Shown one piece after another: positions 25,776-38,316 of a DNA stretch of 64,000 nt (the first letter of the stretch is position 1; the number at the start of each line of letters is the position of its first letter). Made by a program: the position numbers and the translations under genes. The notes under the pieces are model-generated. The model saw nothing but the letters and a program-made list of their open reading frames with translations. It was not told the DNA's origin and ran no database searches. The stretch is taken from NCBI GenBank assembly GCA_964199315.1, contig OZ116704.1, positions 11,842,001-11,906,000 of the forward strand, given 5' to 3'. Source of the stretch: Orbicella franksi (taxonomy: Eukaryota).

Positions 25776-28700
25776 AAAGCAGCATAAGGTAGTTTGAGGA
25801 TAGGGCCATTGCCAGTATGAGGCAAACCCCGAGGCTCTTCCCTCAGTTATTTAATTTTATTTGTTTTTCTTGTCGTTTCTGTTGGTTCTTTTTTGAAGGG
25901 AGAAAGTAAAGACTGTTGAAGGCCTAGGAAGAGAATTGTCTCAGTCGTAGTTTTTTCTGGCTACGGTCCTGTAGGGTCATTGAAAAAGCTTTCTTTACAG
26001 GACCCTCTCGCTAACTTTCCATGTTTTAAGTCTACGCATGCGTGTCGTTACCTATCTTGAAGTGAACACCCTTTGCTTAGCTCTCAGGCATAGTATATTA
26101 ATTCATTTTCATTCTTTCTGCAATGATGTTGAATATATGTAACTTCGCACATCTCCGCAGATTTTTATCTCAGTCTACTTCCAGAGAAAGTGATCTTTAA
26201 ATGTCCGATTGCAAAACTTTGCATTATGGAATTATATTCTTTGGGCGTTTTTGTCTTTCATAATTTCTGATAAAAGATAGTAACAATGAAAAATATATGC
26301 ATTTTTTTCGCTCTAATCTTCACTCTAAGCAGGGAAAATAATTTAGTGTAAACTATGGCAGGCAGGTTTCAAAGATCGCCATTCTTTCAGGGTTTTTTTT
26401 TTTTTTTCAAAGGTTTTAACTTCAGGCGAGTAAAACGCTGGCGGTTATGTGCTCTTCTTTTTTGAAGGTGAATTTGAATGCAACATCTACAGAACAAAGA
26501 TCAACAAAGGCGAAATCCAAAGAATTTGCATAATAGAAACTAATTACAAATGGAAATAGGGCTGGATAAATCACGATTGCTGTCACTCGCGTGCGCTGTT
26601 GAATTGATTATTAGTAGTTTTGATCTCAAAAAGCGCTTGATATTTTTTTGTTTTTAACTTTACAAAGGATTTACTGAGCGTTTATGGAAACTAAAATCAA
26701 TGTGCGAATACAACTTGCACGGCTTGTCGCTTCAAAAGCGAATGATCAGGCCGTCTGGAGCGAGCTGCATAACAATGAAGTTATCTTATACAAAGTGTCT
26801 TTGTTTATCAATAGACATAAAGGTTTGGTTTTGATTTGAATAGGATTTCACGCATTTTTGGTTAACTCTTACTATTGTGACCGCAAAATTAGCTAGCATT
26901 GTCCACAGACCAGGGTTGCCTGCAAATTCAATATTCTGGAGCATTCTTTGATTCTTAACTGTGTACGAATTCAGAGCACCGAGCCTTTCTTAACAAAAAA
27001 AAAACTCAATCGACCCCCTGGCAGAAATGGCAAGCAAACACTTCAAATGCTGATATACGACCCTGAGCGAAGACACATAATACCGTGCTAGGCTAAACAG
27101 TCTCGACTGAAACATTCTACGAAATAACGTTCTTTCTGACATGTTTGGGAGTAAGAAGGTTAGCTCAAGTTTAATAAACAGGATATATGCGTGAAGGGGA
27201 ATTTGTTACGGAAAATATGCATTCAAATTGGTTTAGGAGCACATGGTGTAGTCAACAATAGATGGCATTTTTTGAGTGTCTAATGAAATATTATTCCTAT
27301 GGAGTCAAAAGCCAACCAAGTAAGATAAGCTAAATAAAGTCTGTTCATTTATCTCTCGGGGATCAATCTTGTTAGAATTTGGTCTTCTTGTTAGAATTTG
27401 CTGCAGATTATGATCTTTGAATAAATAACTTCTAACTACTTTCTACTGAATGTGAAACAGAGCGGAATACAAATCACTTACTGGCTTCGGTGTCCAAGGT
27501 TATATTTTTACCTCCGTTGGACCCTGAAACTAAAAGCGAAAACAGAGCACGATTAACAAACGCAAGGTACGGTTACAAATCTTTAAATTAAACACAAAAT
27601 AAGAAGAAAAACAGATAGCATAGAGAGCAACCGTATTATGAACTATGCGCAAATGAATCTTTTGAAATTTATTATGCAGCAACCCCACCTAATGACTGCA
27701 GTGAAGTTTAAGATCTAGAGCTGTATTTACAAGCAGTTACTGCTTTCTGCAGGACCAATATTACCCCCATATTTAATCAAATGTTTCTAACCGATCGAAA
27801 CAGAATCTCTGCTGGGCACAGAATTCCGATGGACATTTTCGTCGTTTCACTTACTCCTGCAAGTCAGTTGTATAAAGGTTTGACATTTGAACACATGGCA
27901 TCACGAAAGAAGATGAGAAAGTTTCTTCAGAAAGCTAACATCGTTTCTGAAATTACCTTAACCTCGCGCTCAGATGGAAACGAAGGGTTTACTCGAAGCT
28001 TCGCACGATCGAAAACTCTCTAGAAATCAACAGTGAGCAGCGCGGGGACAAAAGTCCAAATTCGATCCCAAATTTAACACTGGACAAAGCAAAGTTAAAA
28101 GTATACCATACCTAAGGTAAAGCAAAACGAGGCGCAGAATATTATGAAGGCCTTCATTTCTCTCTCCTAATCAGATCGCACTGGAAACACAACGTTCGGC
28201 ACCGACAAGTTCACCGCCGACTGACCCAACCAAACCACGCGTCACTGAAGTCGCACACCTGGCTATTATAAGGGATGTAGTAAAGCGTGACGGAAATACA
28301 ATCGGCCGGGTCTCCTTGAAAGGGCGGGTTTTTTCTTTGTTGTTTGTCGGGAAGAACAAAGTGCATTCACAACTGAGATTTCGAGTTATTTGAGTAACCG
28401 ATCCCGTATACCAATTAAGGTGCGATAGAAGGTCGCGTTGGTAAGCGTGACGAACCTTCATTAGACTACCGTTATTTCGCCTCTCAAGTATATAAATTTT
28501 TAAAGCTTGGTCTTCTATTTTGCTCGGCAATGATTGAAAGGGAGTGACGATTAGACCTCGCTATTTGCATTTCTTTATGTTTCTTTATGTGACGGGCCTC
28601 GAGGCAAATGCAATTATGAGACGTGTTTAGACTGCAAAAGGTCTATTTTGCATAAATACTGATAATAACGACAGAAAGATTCTTTACGGCTAAGTGAAGA

Positions 28701-29542
28701 GCCATATTCCAAAGGCATGAAAACACGCAAAGTTCTGCATATTAATCCTTGCAGTCTGCAGCACAGGCTTCTTACGTTACTTGAACGGCTTACGATGAAT
28801 CGGGGAGCAAAGCGGAAATATAACAAACTGCGAATGCATCAACCAGCGATTGCTGGTCCAGAAGTTTCGATAATTCCAATGCCACACATGGGTGGAAAAA
28901 TGTTTAGCTACTAATAGGCAGTAGTTTCGAGGTCATTCTATGGTTGATGGAGATAACCATCTCGACAAACAGGCTCTCTTTTTTTAACCACGATTGCACA
29001 AAAGCAGGGGAGTGACAGTTCATACAAAGAAAAAAAACACTCTGAGCAAGCAATTCGCTCTTCATCTTTCACGCCCTGTTGTCACTCTGTTGCATTATCG
29101 CGTGACAAACATGGCCAGTTCAGTGGATTTTAGAACAGACTAGAGGCAACTAGAGGCCCGTTTCTCGAGGATCTCGAAATGTTTTCGTACCGGAAAGCCG
29201 TGGCAAAAGCTCAAACCTTATGATTACAGAGCTGTTTAATTCTTATATTCTTAATATGAGCAGAGATTCTCTACAAACAAGAAGTTTCAGGCGTATACAC
29301 CTCTCTGTTTTCAGATACAGATTAATCAAAAATGGCTTTGCGGGCCCGAAAAGTTTCCGGGGCTTTCGAGAAACGGACCTCAGAGTCGCTATCCCCTGAA
29401 AAGTGACAGGCAGAAACGGGCGTGCGCGAACAGGGGACCAGTTGCTGAAAATCTTCTTCAACCTATGAGTGCCTTTCCCCCTTTCCAAGGGAAAGGTGAC
29501 CAGAAGGGGCTGAGTCTTCTTGGGTCCATTCTCCCTGCCAAT

Positions 29543-29581
<39 letters not shown>

Positions 29582-32500
29582 TCTATCTATCTGTTTATTT
29601 GTTTATTTATTTTATTAATTTATTTACTTATTAGCTTCTTACCTAGCTATCTAAAGGGAAAGAAGGATTCTTCGTAGTTTTTCCAGTTTTTTGGCCATTT
29701 GGTGTTCGGTCGAGAGAACGGTTTCATATGCTAAATGTCCTTCACTGAGAATCATGGGAAAGGATAAATAGAACCACCTTTAGAACCAATACTTTATACC
29801 AGGGGAGGCAGCGTGACCGAGTGGTTAGTGTGCCGGACTTGAAATCCGGAGGACCCTGGTTCAAATCCTCCCGTCCCTACCGCTCTCTGAATTTGTTCTT
29901 GGTAGTCCCGAGTTCAACTTCTCCGCCGCGTTGTGTAAATAACCAACTGGTCAGCCTCCCACCAGTTGGAATTCTTAATAGTTTACATGCTGTTGTATTT
30001 GCAATATTTGGTAATTTATTTACAGTGTCCCTACTTAGCACATGATAGAGTTATTTATTTATTGATTGATTTATTATTACAGACCCCGGGATGTGGTGGG
30101 CATCACTCCATCGTTATCCTCGATTATGACCGTCATCTGTCTCCTTGGTCCTAACGCAGCACTTGGACGAGATGGACCATGGAGCTTAACGCTGACCAAA
30201 AATGATTCTTCACCCTCGTCTGCCTCGTCATCTATAATAGGGATATCAAATGTTTTCGTCGATTCGCCCTGTGTAAAAGATATCCGGGTACCAGATACTC
30301 CGATGTAGTCAGCCCCGTTTATGGCTGTCACGTCAGTCGTGGTGACGCTAAAAGAAAAATCAAGTGGGGTTAATGTTTTAAGACCTAATAGCAAGGATGC
30401 TGGATCGGTTTTAAAGAAGTTCCAGGTTGAAATCGCATCCTTCTCACTGCCGCGTGATGTAGTTGTATTTGGTGGTCAATTCCTCCATGCTCTGCAAAAA
30501 GCCCACTGTCCCACTATTTACGATTCTTAACACGTCTCTATTCCATTTACGATATTTGCTTGCTTATGAGTACAGCAGCGCTAAACACTTCGACCCTGTT
30601 AACTTAAGTGATTGAGAATTTTTAGTTTTTTTCCACATCTTTTTTTACCTACTTGTCAAAATAGCTTAATTCTGATTGGTGGAGAGCGAGTGCCGTTATG
30701 GTTTATTACTGACTGTCTGCATCATATGCAGCAAAATCTTTCAAAAGTGTCTGAAGTGTTTTGAACTGATACCTTCAGCTTACTTTTGAAAAGGCATTCC
30801 TTTTGTCTAATACATGAGCCTTTTCCATTTTGCCGGAGTTCAAAATCAAAATAGTCTTAATTATAATTTCCGTACAAATTCCATACCTTACAACTACAGA
30901 CACTGTTGTATTGCCAGTGTTTTCTATTACAATGCTCGCAATCCCTGCATCTTCTGACACTTTTAACTCCACTGCTTGAAACTGGAATACACCCGGAGAA
31001 TCTTTGAAGACAAAACAGATCCCTCAGACTTTATTGTGCAACCAAGGAGGTAGCGTGGCCGAATGGCCGAGGAGGTGTGGTATCGGCCTTAAAATCCGAA
31101 GCTTGCGGGTTCAAGTCCCGTTCTGACCACTGGCTGGAGTGGTAGACTCGTGTTCAACTCCTCGGGCAGCGAGGCGTGGAACATGGCGGCGGTCTAGCGG
31201 CGAACTTGTTGCGATTTCCTCGCGTTATGCGCAAGCTCGTTACGGTTCTCAAATAACTGACAGATGTCTGTAATGGGGCGATCATCGAAACCACCCGAAA
31301 GAGGCAAGATCAAAAGGTAGCTGCCACCCATCCCCGTCCTCCCGGCCTTGGCCACTTTTGTAAATAACTAACTAGTTGGCTCTTCTAACCTCGGCTTATA
31401 ATTGCCCGGCCCCTGTAGACTTAAAAACACCGCCTAACACTAAACAAAGGTTATTTATTTATCTAATTTTATTTTTCTCGTTTTCTGTTTCTTTTTTTAT
31501 GATAGGTATATTGGAGAAGACCCCAGCAGAGCATATATAAATTCTTCATTATAGTTTAAGAAAGCTCTCAGTCAAGATTATAATCGTTGAGAAGCTAAAG
31601 TTGTTCATTACTTTCCTCAAGATGTTACTTTTTCCTGTGTCACCGTAATGATTCGATTTAGCGCCCGGGCGCTTATTTACCTTTGGTACCTCATAACATA
31701 TTTTAACCTAATTTAACATAATTTAACTCGTTTTTGTTATGTCCCCGTATTAGTAGGGGAGTTTTTCCCCAGCTAGGTGGTTGATGACATTCTTAATAAA
31801 GTTTCTATCTATCTATCTTTCTACCTCAAGGGAGGGCGCTTATTGGGAACAGGGCGCTTTCTTTTTAGAGAAACAACTGAATGCTCAAAACAAAACTTGA
31901 AGATGAAATCTTTCATTTGAAGGAATTATGCACTCACATGGACATAATAGTTGAGAAACTCAGACGAACACCAAACATCTTTTCCTGTACTTGGTTTTGT
32001 TATTCGTTTTGTCTAGGTTCTTTAGCTTTTGTTTGAGCAGTCTCGCGGACCTCAATAGTTGAAAATCCCAGGAAAGCTTAGAATTATTAGAATTATCTTT
32101 CCCAAAGTTTTCATCGGCTCGTCATCATTTATTTGTCTTCGTCTGTAAGTCTTTCCGGTTTTGTCTAACATATGCCAGGGGGGTCTGTTTAGTTCCCACG
32201 GTCAATAAACCCAAACATGTCAACAATGATTTAGGCATTCAGCTTGTATTTATCAGTAGAAGCAGTAGAGCTTTAACAGTCCAACAAACCTTCTGCTATC
32301 GAACATGTTTTTAATGCAGTCCTGAGAACACATTTTTTCATCCACGTCTCACCTCAGTGCTGAGGAGATTTGAAAAGTTGCAATAGATATGTCTGGTTTT
32401 GAGATCTTCTGAGAAGGGCACTTACCCAACAGACGCTTCTGGAGTCTTCAGCTAAAGCCTCTATTATATTACAATCGTGATATTTGAAATGTTTTACAAT

Positions 32501-35003
32501 ACTAGCAATCTTCCGATTATGGTTTACATTAAGACTCGTAAATTACTATAAATATTGCCGGCACCAACGTGTTAACAATCAAAATTCCCCTTTCAGTTTC
32601 TTGTTACATCATACAATTTCCTAATGTTTTTCTTTCTCTGAAAAGATGCTGAACGATTTAGAGACGGCCTTGTGATTCGGAAGGTTAATTTAAGTCTGAA
32701 ACTATACATTCTGTTCAGTAATGATTTGTTATAGTATCTAAAAGCGAGGGCCGGGCGTTTCGTTGCTAATCTGTAGTAGTAGTAGTAATAAGAGCTTTTA
32801 TTTCTGAGTCAAAGTTGCTAACCCGCCTAACAGAGTAGTGTTACTTATCATCTCGTCTTTCGTTAATGAAGTTTTGAAATGTTTCTCAACTTATTATGAA
32901 AGCTATGGCACAGAAACACGAATATGGCTCTTGCTTGAATTTTCATTATACCATCTAATATGAGTATTAATAGTTTTCTTTAGGAGTCGATCAGTCTGTC
33001 TGGTTTAGATGCATCAGTGTGTATTTGCCTGTACGATATTGCAAAGTGAAGACTGATATGGGTAAACTAACTTGTCGTCAAAAGCATTCTCAATGTTTCA
33101 GAGGATCTTAAAAAATTCTATTTTCGAGCGTCTTAGATCGCAAAAAAATTCTTCTTTCCACCTCCCCTCCCTCCACACACGCACCCACTAGATAGACATT
33201 GTTTTTTTTTTTTTTTAATTTATGTCTTAATCAGACCACAACAACTGTGCAATATTGAATTTTCAGAGAACTCTTGATGCATGCATTTGTCTAAGGGGTT
33301 AGATGTCGCACAGCGTCGTTTTTCAAGTGTCTCGATTACTTTTACCGCCCATTGTGACTTCACAGGGCATAACTTACCTCTTGCATGTTTATAATATAAT
33401 TAAATATAATTAATGTGTTGAAATATAGCTAAAATATTGTAATATAATTAATATCGCACTTTAAAGTTGAATCCATGCAGTTTTGAATGCTTCAAGTTAT
33501 AATGCATTCATCGACCGTACAGGATTGGATATAAACACTACTCATGATATTAAACATCGTAAAGGTATTACGAAGAAATTTGATTGTAATGTATGCAATG
33601 TTCCAATTCTACAAGAACACGAGGTCTCCTTTTCTCAATTCCACAAGTCCAGTCCACTATTTCTGTTAACAAGCTGTTCACTCTTTATATGGTTATCTGA
33701 CGATCGATAACTCCTGTTTAAATAATGCATGAAATATTATACTGTTTTATATTATACTCCAGACGGAATAATGTTTCGAATTGTCCATTTTATCTGTAAA
33801 CAGTAACTTCCAAAGCCTTTACAGAGAAATTCATAACGATGATTTCTTATCTCTAGTCTATGCAAGCTGTAATGTTACCCCCCTTCGATTCCATTGTTTA
33901 TAAATTTATGGAAGACGAGTTCGTGACTCTTGTGGGAATATTTCCTCTGAACATTTTTCGAGAAGTCAAGCAAGGAAATACGGCAATAGATGTGATATTT
34001 CTTATAATTGGAAATCATTTAATTTCGATATGTTCAGACTACCATACTCTTCTAAGCTAAGTGACAATTAATGTTTATGAACCAATCGCATACGAGTAGA
34101 GAACTTGTGCGGTGTCCAGATATGATATATAATCCGTCGGCGCGAATAAGAAATTCCACTGTTAATACTAAATTTAACATTTTCTCTCCAAACCTGTTGA
34201 TTTCTTTGGTTAAATTTGAGTATCAGTCAGTCATTCTGCTTGCACAAATTGTAGTCTATAATTGCCGTATCGCTTGTGATCCAGCAAGAAAGTGAGAAAT
34301 ATACTTTTTGCCCAAGCTGCAGTTTGCACATACGCCAAACCGTGAAAGTGTCCCTTAAATAACGCGACGATCTGCCTTAACTGCAGCTCTCAAACGATGG
34401 ACAGCAAATGATGATCAATCTGGATAATGCCTTTAGTTTATAGCATGTTATGGCGTTAAAATATTTCACAAGTGAATTTGTAAAGAAATTTTTCGATATT
34501 AGATTACCGACTTCCTCTTTCAAACACTCTATATAGCAACATCCGTTTCCCCCTATTCAAAATGGCAGCTAATTCGCTTTCAATCTTCTAATGAGAGACT
34601 CGGCGGTTTGGAAGACTAGGTTAATTTTGCGCTCTTTGTGCTGTTTTAAGTGTATTGCAGGGCAATTTGACTTGCACACCGCGCCCTCTGACAGCTTGTC
34701 CGTTCGCTGAATACAGTTTAATCACGCCAAACTCTACTAGATCAGATGTAGTAAATTAATTAATCGCAAAGATAGTTACAAGTTAACGTTTTGCTGTAAG
34801 GTTCGGACACCACTTTACTCATCTTGGAAAATAAGCAATGACTTGCTAAGATTCTATAAAGATGGTCGATTTCCCCTAGGGTAATTGAATATACAACTGG
34901 AACAATCAAACGAAAACAAACTCACAACTTCTGAACAAATAGCGCACTAACCTTGGGCTGAACACATGTAGACAACTAAGGACAGGATAAGGAATCTCAT
35001 CAT
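22256..35003 (-). CDS. Gene B: Calx-beta plus ZP transmembrane protein, about 503 aa, 8 exons
   Basis: Exons 35003-34952 (MMRFLILSLVVYMCSAQ, signal, donor GTTAGT), 31001-30887 and 30347-30085 (Calx-beta: PGVFQFQAVELKVSEDAG...TAINGADY...SFTQGESTKTFDIPIIDDEADEGEESFLV...TVIIEDND), 27529-27482 (48-nt linker), 25297-24932 (ZP-N), 24263-24041 and 23750-23488 (ZP-C, RRRRR furin site), 22437-22256 (TM, stop TAG). Total 1512 nt = 504 codons. The ZP/TM part is very secure. Joining the signal and Calx-beta exons rests on phase compatibility; the donor at 30084 (GTCTGT) is weak. Confidence 0.8.
24585..24740. mobile_element. 156-bp MITE with a 9-bp target-site duplication (Mutator-like by TSD length)
   Basis: 31-bp terminal inverted repeat TAGCCTGCGTAGCAAGCGTTTC(T/C)GTGGGGTT (1 mismatch). 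Direct repeat AAACGTCCT at 24576-24584 and 24741-24749. Confidence 0.9.
25734..25775 (+). repeat. (CAA)n microsatellite
   Basis: About 14 consecutive AAC/CAA units. Confidence 0.95.
29154..29380. mobile_element. MITE, PIF/Harbinger-like
   Basis: Terminal inverted repeat AGG(C/T)CCGTTTCTCGA. The flanks TAG and CAG form a near 3-bp duplication. Confidence 0.6.
29541..29625 (+). repeat. (ATTT)n/(ATCT)n microsatellite
   Basis: Tandem TATT units grading into TATC. Confidence 0.9.
29804..30075 (+). mobile_element. tRNA-derived SINE
   Basis: A-box-like TGACCGAGTGG, B-box GGTTCAAATCC (29858-29868), non-tRNA body (GAGTTCAACT...TGTAAATAACCAACTGG) and a (TTAT)n tail. Confidence 0.75.
31046..31445 (+). 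mobile_element. tRNA-derived SINE related to 29804-30075, interrupted by an insertion
   Basis: Same head GGAGG(T/C)AGCGTG(G/A)CCGA(A/G)TGG, B-box GGTTCAAGTCC (31108-31118) and GTTCAACTCCTCGG. The family body resumes at TTGTAAATAACTAACTAG after about 190 bp of unrelated sequence. Confidence 0.6.
32000..34700 (-). mobile_element. Highly degenerate LINE-like (non-LTR) relic in intron 1 of gene B
   Basis: Only frame-broken hints: VHRL...RRVI..LSRF (ORF1-like), GGNITACID and PIL-GR (APE-endonuclease-like) and YYNKSL (linker-like), with many stops. The boundaries are approximate. Confidence 0.3.
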
Positions 35004-38000
35004 CGCTGACAACTCTTCCACCAGCATGCAGAGACTTAATTTGGGCCTAAACGCCAAGAGCCGGCGGGTCTATTGACGAAGCTTTCACCTCAGAAGCAAA
35101 GCGTGTGAGCCGTGTGTTCGCGACAAAGGCACTCAGCCATGAATAGTCGACGTCTGTGACCTGAGTGCGTGATGATTAACAAGTGACAGCATGAATATTT
35201 AATATTGATCGATGTCATTCCTATAAGACAGCTAATTTCATACCAAAGAAGCCGAGATCAGTCGCCGTGAAACCACACTGAAATATTTGTGACAGTCTGG
35301 CGGGAGAGGTCTACCCGCAGATTAGAGCTGATAATTTTCATTCAGGCAAGGAGCTTTAAAAAGGTTGCCATTTACGCTTCACGACTAATAAAACGAGATA
35401 GCTTGTTGAGGTGAACTTTGGCCATAGCTTCTGTTCGTGATTGTATTGCACACCATGTGGCCTGCGACGAATTAGAGCGATTAAAACTAATACCATTTGT
35501 GAAAACACGAAACAAGATAAGCCCAAATATTGCAAACAGACAGCAAATGAAAACTGTAGGCCATGCTACTTTAAAGCCAAGGCCAAATAAAGAAAACAGA
35601 TCGGAATTACAATCCCTATGAAACAAGAAAAGGCGCACACTTTGGTCAAAGATTTAATTAATACTATTTATAATAGTTTTTGTCCGGCAAAGGCAATTTT
35701 GATAAGCATCTTTTGAGCTAAATCGTTTCCAGGAACCTCTGTCGAGGCTCTAGTTTCGCCTTGACGATAAAAAAGAGAGAAAGAGAGAGAGTGAGAGAGA
35801 TAGAGATAAGATCCTGATCATAAGGGTTTGGGACACTTTTTCTCTGCGAGAAACCAACAATTTAAAGTCATAGAATCGAAATAGCCTTACAAAGATCTTT
35901 TCCTAGCCCATCCCCCTCCCCCCTGAACAATGTTGAATTTCTTTGACTCTACAATATATTTGCGACTCACATCTTTGACTCTTGACACCCAACATTTTCC
36001 GGGGGGGAATAAATAGAAATGCTGTTTTAAAGAAAAATGACGAAGTGTCCCCTACGTATTGTCCAGGATTGTAGGTTCCGAATGCGTACATGAGACATAT
36101 AAAGCGGCTCTCGACTTACATCAGATACTGCTTATATCGAAATTGTTAGATGGTCTTCTCGTTATCCTTACAATACACCGCATTATTTTGCAAGAAATTA
36201 GAGAAACTAAGTAAATCGTGCCTTATTGTTGTTGAAATGACTTCCATCAACAGCAAAATGCACAGTCCTGCAACGAGAAGGGCTGAAAAACAGGAGTTTT
36301 AATTCTTCAGGAATTCGGTTAAGTTGGTTCAGGGGAGATTTGCGATAATGCGAGCGATGATTTTCATCGTCTCTTGTATGAACTCAATTAGATAGAGGGA
36401 AAAGTTGGACTTTATTGCTTGAGAAAACTACTTCTCAGTAACTCGATAGAAACGTAAAACAGGCACGAGCTGTTGACGTAATGATGGCACGTCCAAAGAG
36501 AATGTGTATTTTGATCATAACGTGTGATTTTCCTTTCTCTTACCAGCAGAGTTTTCTAAAAGAAATAGAAATCATTTTCTCCTTGCTTCTATTGAATTAT
36601 AGATGGAAGCTGTCATGGAAACTAAAGTTCGAGAGAATTCGAACTGAAGATAAGATAAGATAAGATCATGGAGATTTGTACCTTCATACTGTGTAAGTGT
36701 CAAGATATTTAGCGGACTAATTTGGGACAATGAACATTGAGAATGAACCTACAGTACTTAAATGCAAAAGATAAATATTTAGAACACTTAAAAAAAATTT
36801 AAATTACAATCTAAAATGTAATTAGAATTATTTGCAACGTAATCTATTCATTGCAAAGTTTACAGCTTCGGCAACACTCCTTGCGGCCTTTGTTCTCACA
36901 GCATTATAGCAATTTCGTACCTATTTTTTGAACAAGATCTGTAGTAGTGTAATCATGTTTATTTTATTTTCAACAAAAAAAGTCTCAAATTTCTCAATAA
37001 TGCCGTCAAAAAACAAATGAGAATTTGAGAACACGAGAGAGATTGGGTAACTGAATTTGTTTGTTTTCCTACTTTAATTTACTTTTCTACAATGTTTACA
37101 AATTTATGGAGTTTTTCGTGATAGTATGATAAATGGGTTAGGCTTCTTTATATGCCGGCAAGTATACATATTTAACTCTTGCGTAACAAAGTCTGGTAGA
37201 ACATAACCTTTTAGCATAAGAGATGTCTTAGAGTGGTAGGAGTAGTCCCTCTTTCGTTCAGTTCGTGGTGCGTGACGGGAAAGTGAAACCTGCGAGAATT
37301 TTTTTTCCCGCGCGGCCAGATTTCGCGCGGCTATATTTTCCCTCGAAGTTTATTTACGGTCACGCTAGACGAAAGGGACTACTCGTGGTCTAGAGATGCC
37401 GGGGTACCTAAGAGAGCTGGACTGTTATGATTCCTTCTAAAGCAAGTGCTACGCATTGACATACTCCGGGCATAGCCAATCGAGCACAATCGAACAATTA
37501 GCAATATTCCCAGCGCGGTTATCTCAGGCTACTACGAGTATTCTTTCACCGTATTCTCTGTCGTCAGAGGAAAATACTTTTTAAGAAAGAAAAAAGGAAG
37601 TCGAGGGCAAGCACTGAAATAAGTGCAGTAAAGTTTGATGAACTATTTTAATCTGAAAACATTGTCTTACTTGGTATTATCGACAGTGCAAGCTTGGTCT
37701 GTGATGGCAAATGCTACTGCTAATTTAAAGTTACTGCCGCAAAAGTTCACAACCATTCCTCTCTATTAATTATGCCGGTTTAGTATAAAGAAAATTTTGT
37801 ATTTGCATCTTTTCGATTTTGTTTCTTTTTTTTTTAGTTTATTTGTCTGTGATTTCGGTCATTCCGAGGATTCTGGATATTCCGTGTATTCCGAGAATTC
37901 CACTCCTGGCTTTCCAAACTCACTCAACAAACATACGATCGCCCATGTCACGGTGGATAAGTTGACTGTTGCGCAACGTCGCGTGACACGAATAAAGTTC

Positions 38001-38316
38001 AAGTCACGAAAGGCAGAATCATTTTACCATTTAAGTACGCTAGCTGTAACATAGGTTTCTTTTTTTTTCCGATGCCGACGACATTTTTGGATTTCCATTT
38101 CATTTTCGCAACTGTCAACCAGATCTGCGCTAATATCTTACGGGGGATTGTCCCTGGACACGATGACGTCATTCTCATTGCTGATGCAACTTGAGTGGGA
38201 ACTCGGCAATAGTACACCAAATAAATAAGAGGGACCGGTTGTTCGTGACCAACAACGAATGTTTCTCTACGGCAGCTTAAGATTTTAGCTGTATTTTTTT
38301 ATGAAGAGTTGTTGAA

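Noticed and set aside
28550-28920. Minus-strand fragments faintly like a GPCR (CRLQGLI; VVIISIYAK)
   Set aside because: The motifs lie in different frames with stops and are too short to distinguish from chance.
29804-29880. tRNA-like sequences (also at about 1095, 11320, 31046 and 44370)
   Set aside because: They have A/B boxes but no complete cloverleaf and run into repeat bodies, so I treated them as SINE heads or relics rather than tRNA genes.
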